Assembly: GCA_964462425.1 (NCBI GenBank) | Contig: CAYWYD010000004.1 | Location: 12,173-76,172, forward strand | Direction of reading: 5' to 3' | From: an uncultured Thermoplasmata archaeon | GTDB taxonomy: Archaea > Thermoplasmatota > Thermoplasmata > Halarchaeoplasmatales > Halarchaeoplasmataceae | DNA: 64,000 nt | Program-made: the position numbers and the translations under genes | In this document: positions 9,574 through 18,850 of the stretch, piece after piece | How positions within the stretch are numbered: position 1 is the first letter of the stretch | Layout of the letters: every line of letters starts with the position of its first letter | Notes under the pieces: generated by a model | Told to the model about the DNA's origin: nothing | What the model saw: the letters and a program-made list of their open reading frames with translations, nothing else | The model's database searches: none

Positions 9574-10751
9574 ACTATCTTCCTTTTCACTGCATCCAAT
9601 ATCTTTTCGGCTATTTCCCTTTTGGTACCTTCCACCCACTCGTTTCTGCTCGAGATATAGACGCTGTTCCAATCCGATCTTACGTCTTTCAAAGAATTAC
9701 CCATGACTATATCGGCTCTTCCTTCTTCCACCATCTTATCCGCTTTTTCTTTTGCTCTTTCTCTAGTGTCTTCTGCCTTGTAAGCGACCAGAAGATTTAC
9801 ATCATCTCGGATCTCGTCTATGAATTTGGGGGTGGGTTCCAACTCTAAAGATAAAGGTTCAGAAGACGATATCTTTTTCTCTCTTACCTCTTCGACGGAG
9901 AAGTCGGATAGTGCCGCAGGAACGATAACGGTCCCTTCTAGATCATCTGACATCTCGATCAGATCTTCGATGGTCTCGAAACTCCGATCGGGTATCCAAT
10001 GAGGAATTTCATAGTCAACGCTCCCGTACCACAACCTGACATCCGCTCCTCTCCTGTAAGCTCTCTTGGCGAGTTCTATCCCGCTTTTTCCCGAGGCTCT
10101 ATTCGTGATCACCCGCATGCTGTCGATAGGTTCTACTGATGAGCCGGTAACGACGGTGATTTTTTCCCCCTCGAGATCATTTTTCAATCCCCTTATGACT
10201 TCGTCCATGATCTGGTCCTTCTCGGCTACTTTCGCAGCCCCTTCTTCAATTCTAGGGCCTACGACGGTCACGTTCAACTTCCTTTTGATGTATTCGAGGT
10301 TATCCATGACGATAGGATGATCGTACATGGTCTGGTGCATCGCCGGAACCACCATTATAGGGATGTTGGATCCGACGCATGTCGTCGCGAAAGTAGTAAC
10401 TGGAGTATCGTCTATTCCTTTAGCTATCTTTGATATGGTGTTAGCGGTAGCTGGAGCTATAAGGAAAAGGTCGGCTTTATCCGGCACGTTTCCGCAGTGA
10501 CTGACGTGCTCCACCTGACCGGTAAGTTCCGTTATGACCTCGTTACCGGAAGCAAACTCTAACGAGTTGGGATGAACTATCTTTTCGCCCCATTCCGACA
10601 TGACGCAGTGGACTTCGGCGCCTTCACGCACGAGTTCTCTCACCAACTTCACACATTCTACGGCGGCGATGCTGCCGGTCACCCCGAGAATTATCTTCTT
10701 GCCAGAAAGATCAGTGCCTTTCGAACCTTTCAACTCTTCTGAAGGATGCAT
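9570..10751 (-). CDS. coaBC: bifunctional phosphopantothenoylcysteine decarboxylase / phosphopantothenoylcysteine synthetase
   Basis: N-terminal flavoprotein half KKIILGVTGSIAAVECVKLVRELVREGAEVHCVMSE. C-terminal CoaB half VTGSSVEPIDSMRVITNRASGKSG...LVAYKAE. Confidence 0.85.
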   Translation of the reverse strand: MHPSEELKGSKGTDLSGKKIILGVTGSIAAVECVKLVRELVREGAEVHCVMSEWGEKIVHPNSLEFASGNEVITELTGQVEHVSHCGNVPDKADLFLIAPATANTISKIAKGIDDTPVTTFATTCVGSNIPIMVVPAMHQTMYDHPIVMDNLEYIKRKLNVTVVGPRIEEGAAKVAEKDQIMDEVIRGLKNDLEGEKITVVTGSSVEPIDSMRVITNRASGKSGIELAKRAYRRGADVRLWYGSVDYEIPHWIPDRSFETIEDLIEMSDDLEGTVIVPAALSDFSVEEVREKKISSSEPLSLELEPTPKFIDEIRDDVNLLVAYKAEDTRERAKEKADKMVEEGRADIVMGNSLKDVRSDWNSVYISSRNEWVEGTKREIAEKILDAVKRKIV

Positions 10752-10837
10752 ATTGCTATAATAATCAAGCTAGTTATTATATTCTTTTCCCATCTATCCC
10801 TTCGACGATATCAAAATAGACGAAAAAAGAGCTGCAT

Positions 10838-11032
10838 CTATTCGAGCTTTTTGACGCTCGTAGCTCTAGGACCTCTATCGCTCTGTTCAGTATCGAACTC
10901 TACCACGTCCCCTTCGTTCAGGTAGTTGCCTTCGATCTCGCTTCTATGAACGAACAGGTCTTCATCACCCTCTTCAGGCTTGATGAATCCAAAGTTTTTC
11001 ATGGTATTGTAAAACTTAACTTCTCCTTTCAT
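10838..11032 (-). CDS. cold-shock domain protein (CspA family)
   Basis: GEVKFYNTMKNFGFIKPEEG.EDLFVH.SEI...GD.VEFD matches the RNP1/RNP2 motifs of CSD proteins. A GGAGGTGA Shine-Dalgarno sits 7 nt upstream of the ATG. Confidence 0.85.
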   Translation of the reverse strand: MKGEVKFYNTMKNFGFIKPEEGDEDLFVHRSEIEGNYLNEGDVVEFDTEQSDRGPRATSVKKLE

Positions 11033-11165
11033 ATCTAGTTCACCTCCTTCTTTTTCCTCTAGACTCCTCTAGCATATATACTTATGGGCGTTCTTTTGAA
11101 TGATCGTATAGGAGGATCACATAAGTCTTCAGAACTCTGTAACCCGATACGGGAAATACTGAAAA

Positions 11166-11176
11166 ATATTATATAC
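11166..11176 (+). promoter_or_regulatory. TATA-box-like element (ATATTATATAC) about 28 bp upstream of the ABC ATPase start codon; candidate archaeal promoter for a leaderless transcript
   Basis: AT-rich hexamer run at the canonical archaeal distance from the ATG at 11199. Confidence 0.35.
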
Positions 11177-11198
11177 TCATTTTCACTTAAAAAACCGC

Positions 11199-12116
11199 AT
11201 GACTTCGGTCATAAGCATCAAAGGCCTCATCAAAAGGTACGGTGAGCTGAAAGCCGTAGATTCACTCGATCTAGATATCGAAAAAGGTGAGATCTTCGGT
11301 TTTCTCGGGCCGAACGGCGCGGGTAAGACCACCACTATAAAGGCGATCATGGGTCTGTTGAGCCCCTCTGAAGGCTCGATAAGGGTGATGGGAAAGGATT
11401 TGAAGAAGGAGAAGAGAGTCGCAACTTCACGTGTAGGTTATCTCCCTGAGAATATAGACCTCTACGATAACCTGACCGGAAGAGAAACTCTAGAGTTCTT
11501 CGCGGATCTGAGAGACGTGAACACAAAGGAGGTTCAAGAGCTTCTAGAAAAACTTAACCTCACCCATGCGGCGGATAGAAAAGTCGGTGGCTACTCGAAG
11601 GGCATGGTTCAGAGACTAGCCTTCGGCCAAGCCCTATTAGGAAGACCTCCGCTTCTCATACTGGACGAACCCGCTTCGGGTCTAGACCCGGAAGGCACGG
11701 CCCAGATAAAAAAGATGGTCAAAGATTACGCCGATGATAACAAAACCGTATTCTTTTCCTCACATATACTGCCGAACGTTCAAGAAGTCGCGGATAGAGT
11801 CGGAATAATTGTAGGCGGAAGATTGAGAGCTTTGGATTCAGTCGACGAGTTGCGAAAAGAATTGGAGATGCCGGCAAGATTGAATGTCACCATTTCTCAG
11901 AACATAGAGAACGTGGGAAACGTACTAGAAAAGAGCAGCGCCGTACAAAAATTCCAAGGGAAGGGAAACAGGGTCACCGTGGTCTGTGATAACGAAGATA
12001 AAAAGAAAGTGTTAGATATCATAGAGGACAGCGGCGTTGACATCCTAGATTTCTCCACCGAAGAAAGTGATTTAGAGGAAATATTCATGAGATACATGGG
12101 AGGTGGGAGGGGGTAA
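11199..12116 (+). CDS. ABC transporter ATP-binding protein
   Basis: Walker A GPNGAGKTTT, signature-like YSKGMVQRLAFGQAL, Walker B LLILDEPASGLD, H-loop SSHIL. Confidence 0.9.
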   Translation: MTSVISIKGLIKRYGELKAVDSLDLDIEKGEIFGFLGPNGAGKTTTIKAIMGLLSPSEGSIRVMGKDLKKEKRVATSRVGYLPENIDLYDNLTGRETLEFFADLRDVNTKEVQELLEKLNLTHAADRKVGGYSKGMVQRLAFGQALLGRPPLLILDEPASGLDPEGTAQIKKMVKDYADDNKTVFFSSHILPNVQEVADRVGIIVGGRLRALDSVDELRKELEMPARLNVTISQNIENVGNVLEKSSAVQKFQGKGNRVTVVCDNEDKKKVLDIIEDSGVDILDFSTEESDLEEIFMRYMGGGRG

Positions 12117-12118
12117 CC

Positions 12119-12946
12119 ATGTCGGCTAGCAGGATAGATTCTATTGTAACCCTCGCCAAGAAGGAATTCATGGATAACATCAGAAACAAGTGGATCATCA
12201 TAGTCACCGGTCTTTTCATCGCATTGATCGTGATGATCTCGGTATATCAGGGGCATATTCAAGATAATGCCGGTTTTGAAGAGATCATATCCTATTCCAA
12301 CGAGCTGGTCGTCCTTTTCATCTCTATTGTAGCTATAATGCTGGGTTACAAAGCGATAACTAAAGAGGTCGAATCGAAATCTATCGGTTTGCTACTCACC
12401 TCGGAGTTAGATAGAAAGGACGTGATCATAGGTAAATTCACCGGTCTCGGCTCGGTACTCGCTTTCTCCATCATCGTGGGTCTAGGTATCGGTGGAGTGA
12501 TAATCGGTCTGACCTCAGGTTTCGAAGGAGGTCTAGATTACGTTTCTTTCGTCATCTTTTCTTTCCTTTTCAGCCTAGCCTTCCTCAGCATATCTTTTCT
12601 GATGTCCAGCTTCGTGACGAAGACCACTAGAGCGCTAGCCGGCGGTATTTTTATATGGATATTTTTCAACGTGATCTGGGATCTAGTCCTTTTCGTTTCA
12701 GCGATCGCGACTGGAACTGAACTTCCGACTCAAGGCGCGGTTCAACTGGAATTTCCCGACTGGTACTATATGGCTGGCGTTGGCAACCCCATAGATGTAC
12801 TTACATACGCAACGAACCGTGTCCTTGGAGGAGCATCTCATCTACCCGAAGTGTTGAGCATAGAATTGTTGACTATCGTTTTTCTACTTTGGATTGTGGT
12901 CCCGTTGAGTCTCGCGATGCTGTTCTTCGATAGTAACGATATCTAG
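12119..12946 (+). CDS. ABC-2 type transporter permease
   Basis: Six predicted TM helices. It starts 3 bp after the ATPase gene. Confidence 0.75.
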   Translation: MSASRIDSIVTLAKKEFMDNIRNKWIIIVTGLFIALIVMISVYQGHIQDNAGFEEIISYSNELVVLFISIVAIMLGYKAITKEVESKSIGLLLTSELDRKDVIIGKFTGLGSVLAFSIIVGLGIGGVIIGLTSGFEGGLDYVSFVIFSFLFSLAFLSISFLMSSFVTKTTRALAGGIFIWIFFNVIWDLVLFVSAIATGTELPTQGAVQLEFPDWYYMAGVGNPIDVLTYATNRVLGGASHLPEVLSIELLTIVFLLWIVVPLSLAMLFFDSNDI

Positions 12947-13049
12947 AGTTGAAGTAGATCAGCCTTCGATTATAACTTCACCATCATCGGATAATCTCAC
13001 ACCAATATTCTTATAAACAACATGAAATATCTGAGAGTAACCTATATTA

Positions 13050-14576
13050 TTGAAGAGGTACCGGATCATGACTATCCAGGCTGTCGCTCCAAAGACTGGA
13101 GAAGTAGTAAAGGAATATCGTGAAGCTACTGGAGAGGAGATAAAAAAAGCATATGAGAGTGCAAAAGAAGCATATCCTCGCTGGGCTAGAAGCTCTTTTC
13201 AAGAACGCACCGATAAACTCCAAAGCCTGAGGAAGGTCATCTTAGAGGATCGAGGGAGGATCGTAGATGTGTTGACTAAAGATACGGGAAAAGTAGATAT
13301 GGAGGCGCTGATGACCGATGTCCTCGCCACCTTAGAATTCACCAAGCACTACGAAACTAATACTGAAAAAGTATTGTCCAAAGAGAAGAGGAAAACTCCT
13401 TCCTTTATGAGGAAGAATGAATCCTATGTTGAGTATGAACCTATGGGTGTGGTCTCGATAATATCGCCCTGGAATTTTCCCCTTCAACTTTCCATGGTAC
13501 CTGCGGTAACCGCCTTAATGGCGGGCAACGCGGTCTTGCTAAAACCTTCAGAAGTAACCCCAATGGTGGGCGAGTTGATAAAAAAAATCTTTGATAGATC
13601 AGATATCGATTCAGACCTTATCCATGTTTTTCAGGGTGGAGAAAAGGTAGGGAAAAAATTGGTGAATATCGGACCGGATAAGATTTTTTTCACGGGAAGT
13701 ATACCCGTGGGCAAGAAGATCATGAAAAACGGAGCTGAGCATCTGACTCATGTCAGTCTAGAACTCGGTGGAAAGGATCCCATGATCGTCCTCGACGATG
13801 CGAACCTAGAGAGGGCCGTGAAAGGCGCGGTATTCGGAAGCTTTTCGAATGTAGGCCAGGCCTGCATGTCGATCGAGAGAGTTTATGTCCAGGAAAATAT
13901 CTACGATGAATTTATAGAAGATGCGGTCGAAGGGACTAAGAAACTAGAAGTCGGCCCCAGTAGCGATGCCGATATCGGACCGATGACAAAGGCCGAACAA
14001 GTAGATATCGTTGAAGAGCAGGTCGAAGATGCGAGAGAGAAGGGCGCGAAGGTCTTAGTTGGTGGGAAAAGAGATGGATTTTACTACTATCCCACCGTTC
14101 TCACCGATGTGGATCACGACATGAAGATTATGAAGGAGGAAACCTTCGGCCCCGTAATGCCCGTGATGCCCTTTAAAGATATGGAAGAAGCGATCGATCT
14201 TGCTAATGACACAAAATATGGGCTTAACTCTAGCGTTTGGTCGGACAATGTGAAAAAAGCCCAGCAGGTAGTGAGCAGACTCGATACCGGGAACGCATAC
14301 ATAAACGGCACTTTGAAAAATATCGGAAATCCGTATCTTCCATTCGGAGGTGTCAAAAAGAGTGGGATGGGAAGGTATCACGGACCTGAAGGATTGAAAA
14401 CTTTCTCACAGACGAAATCGGTCATGATCAACAAGAACAAAAAAGATGAATTCAACTGGTTTCCATACAGCAGAGATCTTAACCAAACAGTCGAGAAGGT
14501 TATCGATACATTCTACGGCGATATAGGTTTTTTCAAAAAGGTCAAGAATATGATCTCTATAATGAGAGATATGTAA
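13050..14576 (+). CDS. NAD(P)+-dependent aldehyde dehydrogenase
   Basis: ALDH glutamate motif LELGGKDP and catalytic Cys region [19 protein letters not shown]. The cofactor-binding region is FTGS.PVGKKIM. Confidence 0.9.
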   Translation: MKRYRIMTIQAVAPKTGEVVKEYREATGEEIKKAYESAKEAYPRWARSSFQERTDKLQSLRKVILEDRGRIVDVLTKDTGKVDMEALMTDVLATLEFTKHYETNTEKVLSKEKRKTPSFMRKNESYVEYEPMGVVSIISPWNFPLQLSMVPAVTALMAGNAVLLKPSEVTPMVGELIKKIFDRSDIDSDLIHVFQGGEKVGKKLVNIGPDKIFFTGSIPVGKKIMKNGAEHLTHVSLELGGKDPMIVLDDANLERAVKGAVFGSFSNVGQACMSIERVYVQENIYDEFIEDAVEGTKKLEVGPSSDADIGPMTKAEQVDIVEEQVEDAREKGAKVLVGGKRDGFYYYPTVLTDVDHDMKIMKEETFGPVMPVMPFKDMEEAIDLANDTKYGLNSSVWSDNVKKAQQVVSRLDTGNAYINGTLKNIGNPYLPFGGVKKSGMGRYHGPEGLKTFSQTKSVMINKNKKDEFNWFPYSRDLNQTVEKVIDTFYGDIGFFKKVKNMISIMRDM

Positions 14577-14695
14577 CAAGCGCTGTGAAGTTTGAAGTAG
14601 AGATCAACTCTTTAGCGAATTTGGGATACCTTACAACCTTGAACTCTTCATTTCCTTGATTATAAATATTAGGTTTTTCATACCTTAGGAGTACG

Positions 14696-15955
14696 ATGGG
14701 GGCAAAACTACCTGACCAGAACCGGTCACTGTTCATAGTCGTATTCTCCTTTGGGTTGATAGGGCTTTTTCTATCAGTTGTTAGGTTGGACTTGCTTTGG
14801 TCCTTAATAAGTTCAAGCTATACAGGTCTTATCTACGGGATCTCAAGGATCAAACAAGAAGACCGTATACAGAGAGACATCTTCAAATGGACCCCTATCC
14901 CCTTATTTTTCGGCGTGACCGGTTTATCACCCTTTTTTGGTAGGATCTGGATTTTCGGAGACTTAGCTTTTGCAGCCATGGCTCCGATCCTCGGATTCAT
15001 GATCATATTGAATCTCACCTATCACACCGATTTCGAAACAAATCTATATTTCTCAGTTTCATTCATATTTCTATTCACCTTAGCGGCAGGGGCTATTCTA
15101 GTGACAGGTCAGTTTACCAGTGACCGATTCTTAAATACTGATATACTGGTCAGAAACGATCAGTTGATGATAGAATTACTAGTCATCACGATCTCCGGGA
15201 TCATAGGCGCCTACGCGTTCCGTTGGTATAGGAAAATTTACTATCTGAAGTGGGAAAGTTTCAGTATCCTGAACAGGATAAGGACTAGATTCGAGAATCG
15301 ATCAGAAAATCCACGAAGAGACCTAGTGAAGACTATTTATGCAATATTTGGTAAAAGAGATGATGATTTTCTTCTATTGACGTCGAAGATTTTACAGATC
15401 GGTATTATAGGACTCGTTGTCTCTAGTGCTTTTCTTCTGAATAAGTGGGCATTTACGGTCGGTATACTTTCTTTTGCTCTATCTATGATCCCCTACATAT
15501 TCTCTACAAAATTGAAGCGAAAGATTCCCGTGTCCTTTCAATTTTGGATTTCTTCTTCTTTATTCTTCTATCTAGCTGGTGAAACAGTTCGTTTCCAGAT
15601 CAAATTTAGGTGGTGGAACAATATCACCCATTTTTTGGCCGGCATAGTAGTCGGATTACTGATACTGATCTATCTGATATATATTGATCATATATCCCAG
15701 ACCCTTCATATCCCGCCATGGATGATCTTATTTTTGGTGATAACGTTCATCTTATCTGTAAGTGTGTTGTGGGAATTGTTCGAATTTTCTATCGATGTTT
15801 TGATCGGCATCGGGCTTCAAGGTGATTTTAAGGATACGATACTGGATATGATATTCAACACCATAGGTACTTTCTTCGCACTTCTACTCACCACGTTATT
15901 CACTTCTTACAGGGTTTTCAAACCCCTCGCTCGAAAGATCGATAGAGTCCTTTAG
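14696..15955 (+). CDS. polytopic integral membrane protein, unknown function
   Basis: 419 aa with at least 10 hydrophobic helices. I do not recognise a motif. Confidence 0.6.
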   Translation: MGAKLPDQNRSLFIVVFSFGLIGLFLSVVRLDLLWSLISSSYTGLIYGISRIKQEDRIQRDIFKWTPIPLFFGVTGLSPFFGRIWIFGDLAFAAMAPILGFMIILNLTYHTDFETNLYFSVSFIFLFTLAAGAILVTGQFTSDRFLNTDILVRNDQLMIELLVITISGIIGAYAFRWYRKIYYLKWESFSILNRIRTRFENRSENPRRDLVKTIYAIFGKRDDDFLLLTSKILQIGIIGLVVSSAFLLNKWAFTVGILSFALSMIPYIFSTKLKRKIPVSFQFWISSSLFFYLAGETVRFQIKFRWWNNITHFLAGIVVGLLILIYLIYIDHISQTLHIPPWMILFLVITFILSVSVLWELFEFSIDVLIGIGLQGDFKDTILDMIFNTIGTFFALLLTTLFTSYRVFKPLARKIDRVL

Positions 15956-15967
15956 AAGCAAGTTGAC

Positions 15968-17062
15968 CTATCCAATTTGATCGTTTATACTTTGAACCAC
16001 TTTCGAGAGCTGCTGAAAACCCTCTACAATCGAGGTAAAATCTTTACCGAATGTCAATCGGATGTGTGAATCGAACTCGCTGCCTTGAGAAAAGTAGCTT
16101 CCGGGTGCTACGAGGACACCCGCCTTTTTAGCTCTTTTTGCGAACTCTTCACCATCGATCTCCATCTTCAATCTGGGGAATGAAATTATACCGGAAGAAG
16201 GTTCTACCCATTCTATGGAAGAATTTCCGCTCACCCAGCCCCGGGCTAGGGACCTGCCTTTTTCAGCTGTTTCTCTTGCCCGCTCCAAAAGGCGACCCCT
16301 TTCTTCAAAGGCCATCAAACCTATCTCTAATGTAGGCGTGGGACCTTTTGGAGAGAGGTACGATTTAACGCTTTTTAGCTTCTCGATCAGTTCTTCATCC
16401 TTCGAAACCGCCCAGCCGAGCCTCAAACCACCGAGCCCGTAGATCTTAGATAGACTCGAAGTCACTATGACATTGTCCGAGATGGAAACACCACTTGAAC
16501 CATTCTCTACAAAATCCCTGTATATCTCATCAATCACAAGGTAGATGTCATTTTCTTCGATGAATTCGCTGAATTCTCTCAGATCCTTTGGATGCTGAAA
16601 AACCCCGCTGGGATTGTGTGGATTCGTCAAGACGATCATCTTCGTATCGCTGGAACATCTTTCCTTGATCCCATCTAGATCTATCTTAAAATCGTCTTTA
16701 TAGCTCCGTTTGAACGTTTTAACATCTACCCCTTTCAACTCCGGACCGATCTGAAGAGGAGTGTAACTAGGATCCTCGACCAGGACTTCATCTTCACTGT
16801 CAAGGAGCGCATCGACGATCAGTGAATTAGCGGCCTGGGCCCCCGCTGTAATAACCGTGCCGACATCCTCCTCATAGGTGTTCGCGATCTTGTCCTCCAA
16901 TCGCTCTTCGAGTTCATCTTCGGGATATCCTAAAGCCAAATGTTCTTCGAGGGCCCCCAACTCAGAAAGAGTGATCGCCTCCACACTGCTGGAAGCGAGG
17001 TTGTACTTCACGCCCTCGACGTCACTTAACCATTCTACAAGTGGAAACGAAAGGTCATCCAT
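15968..17062 (-). CDS. PLP-dependent aminotransferase, class I/II (HisC/CobD-like)
   Basis: PLP-lysine region VIVTSSLSKIYGLGGLRLGWAV. The fold-type I N-terminus contains LVLTNPHNPSG. Confidence 0.8.
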   Translation of the reverse strand: MDDLSFPLVEWLSDVEGVKYNLASSSVEAITLSELGALEEHLALGYPEDELEERLEDKIANTYEEDVGTVITAGAQAANSLIVDALLDSEDEVLVEDPSYTPLQIGPELKGVDVKTFKRSYKDDFKIDLDGIKERCSSDTKMIVLTNPHNPSGVFQHPKDLREFSEFIEENDIYLVIDEIYRDFVENGSSGVSISDNVIVTSSLSKIYGLGGLRLGWAVSKDEELIEKLKSVKSYLSPKGPTPTLEIGLMAFEERGRLLERARETAEKGRSLARGWVSGNSSIEWVEPSSGIISFPRLKMEIDGEEFAKRAKKAGVLVAPGSYFSQGSEFDSHIRLTFGKDFTSIVEGFQQLSKVVQSINDQIG

Positions 17063-17140
17063 CTGAAACTCCTCACTACCTTATACACTCTCTATATAAT
17101 ATTCTTTTTCTCTACTTCGCAAAAAAACGGTAGATCGATC

Positions 17141-17608
17141 CTAATCATCATCCAATTCTCGAGTCATCACCTTTTTTTTCTCGTGGAACTCCTGCTTCTC
17201 GTAGAATTCCAAAGCTCTTTCATTTTCGGACAGCGTTTCCAATTTCATTATGTCTACACCGTCCTCCTTCGCATCCAATCTTTCCTTCTCCATGAGTTCT
17301 TCGCCGATCCCCTGTCCAAAGTGATCTGGGTGTATAACTACAGTAAGGATCTCCCTGACTTTATCGGAACTCACCACATCTTGGAATGTGGTGGAGTGCA
17401 AAAATCCGAGGATTCTCTCCTCTCCTTCCTCTTCATCGAAAGCACCTATCATCCTATCGTTCACGATCCGGTGCTGTAGGAATTTTTTTAGAGATCTTTC
17501 ATCATAAGAGATGCCGGCATCGTCCCATACGGGTCCCATAGATGTTTTTTTGAGTTCGACTATCTTCGGGATGTCCTCTCCCTTGATCCTGCGAAGATTC
17601 AGCTGCAC
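17141..17608 (-). CDS. GNAT family N-acetyltransferase
   Basis: Acetyl-CoA binding motif VVIHPDHFGQGIGEELM (Q/RxxGxG/A). Confidence 0.75.
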   Translation of the reverse strand: MQLNLRRIKGEDIPKIVELKKTSMGPVWDDAGISYDERSLKKFLQHRIVNDRMIGAFDEEEGEERILGFLHSTTFQDVVSSDKVREILTVVIHPDHFGQGIGEELMEKERLDAKEDGVDIMKLETLSENERALEFYEKQEFHEKKKVMTRELDDD

Positions 17609-17675
17609 AATTCTATTTAGACGGCAAGAAGTATTAGATTTTAACGGTTGAAATCAATCCATTTATTAAACCCCT

Positions 17676-18347
17676 TTGATATCACCATCTATGGAAATGG
17701 ATGTGATCCCATCTCTTTCAATGATGGAGTCCAAACCCGTGATCGTGAAAGATGGAGAGTACCAGCCATACCTAAAAAAGGGGTATAAGCTCGGTCTTCA
17801 AGAAATTTTGAACGAACTAGAAGAATATAATAGACTTTATTTGTTAGACCTCGACGGTATAGAATTTAACAGGCCACAGACCGAAGCTCTCCGTAAGATG
17901 AGTACAAGGAAGAAGATTTGGGCCGATGTCGGCGCGAGGGATTCAGCCGGGATAACGGACGCTTTCATCGCTGGAGCGGATAGAGCAGTCCTCTCTACCA
18001 AAACGATCTCTTCCAAAAAGGCTATATTGAACTCGATAGAATTGAGTGATAAACTAATCCTTTCTATAGATTATAAGGGTAAGATCATTTCTCCCTCAGA
18101 AGAGATAAGGAAAATGGGTGTCAAAGAGATAAGTCAATTCTGCCTGGACGAAGGTATCGATACCATAGTTCTCACGGACCTCTCCGACGATAAGTTCGAG
18201 AGACAATATCTCCAACTCTTACCTACTGGAGATTACGACCTTTTCGTCGGCGGGATCTCTCGTAAAAGACTCGATGATATCAGCCATCCTAATCTGAAAG
18301 GTTTGATCCTTGACCTACAGGAGGCGATAAGATACAAGACGAGTTGA
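17676..18347 (+). CDS. HisA/HisF-family (beta/alpha)8-barrel protein
   Basis: LYLLDLDGIEFNRPQ resembles the HisA LHLVDLDGA strand. ADVGARDSAGITDAFIAGADRAVLSTKTI resembles the GGGIRS...GADRV region. The match is divergent. Confidence 0.5.
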   Translation: MISPSMEMDVIPSLSMMESKPVIVKDGEYQPYLKKGYKLGLQEILNELEEYNRLYLLDLDGIEFNRPQTEALRKMSTRKKIWADVGARDSAGITDAFIAGADRAVLSTKTISSKKAILNSIELSDKLILSIDYKGKIISPSEEIRKMGVKEISQFCLDEGIDTIVLTDLSDDKFERQYLQLLPTGDYDLFVGGISRKRLDDISHPNLKGLILDLQEAIRYKTS

Positions 18348-18805
18348 AGACAGCGCTGGCTGTTCTCTTCCAACAAGGCGGTAAAGAGATCGATAAAGAG
18401 GATTTCATCTATATCCAATCCGCCGACCTAGACTGGTACTCTTCCGATGAGGCAAGGAAGTTACTAGATAAAGCTGTAGCCTCGGGTTTGGTGACTATCG
18501 AATCTGATTCCGTGAAAGCTGAGTTCGATTTCGGGGATATAGATATACCTATCGGTTTCGAGCCTACTAAAGATATTTTGAAGGAAAAGGGAGAGATCGA
18601 TCTTTTTCCCCAGATTCTAAATGAAGTGGTCGATCACAGTGGGTTCTCTAGGCAGGAGATCATGTCACTAGTCAATAAAAAACAGGACGAACTCGACCTT
18701 GAGATCAAAACGGCATTACTGCTGGTAGCTCATGAGAAGGATATAGATATCTCGGATAGAGATGACTACATAGAAAAGGTCGCCGAGAATATAAAGGGTT
18801 CCTGA
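18344..18805 (+). CDS. hypothetical acidic protein (153 aa), conserved-archaeal-looking
   Basis: ORF overlaps the upstream gene by 4 bp, which suggests co-transcription. No motif recognised. Confidence 0.55.
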   Translation: MKTALAVLFQQGGKEIDKEDFIYIQSADLDWYSSDEARKLLDKAVASGLVTIESDSVKAEFDFGDIDIPIGFEPTKDILKEKGEIDLFPQILNEVVDHSGFSRQEIMSLVNKKQDELDLEIKTALLLVAHEKDIDISDRDDYIEKVAENIKGS

Positions 18806-18850
18806 GTGAGTTCACTTCGTTCTCGAGAGGTCCTGTAGTCCGTTTTTAGC

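Noticed and set aside
9573-9672. N-terminal extension of the GHMP-kinase ORF (MEQRLYLEQKRVGG...)
   Set aside because: It would overlap 100 bp of coaBC. The internal Met yields the typical 4-bp ATGA overlap and a normal GHMP N-terminus.
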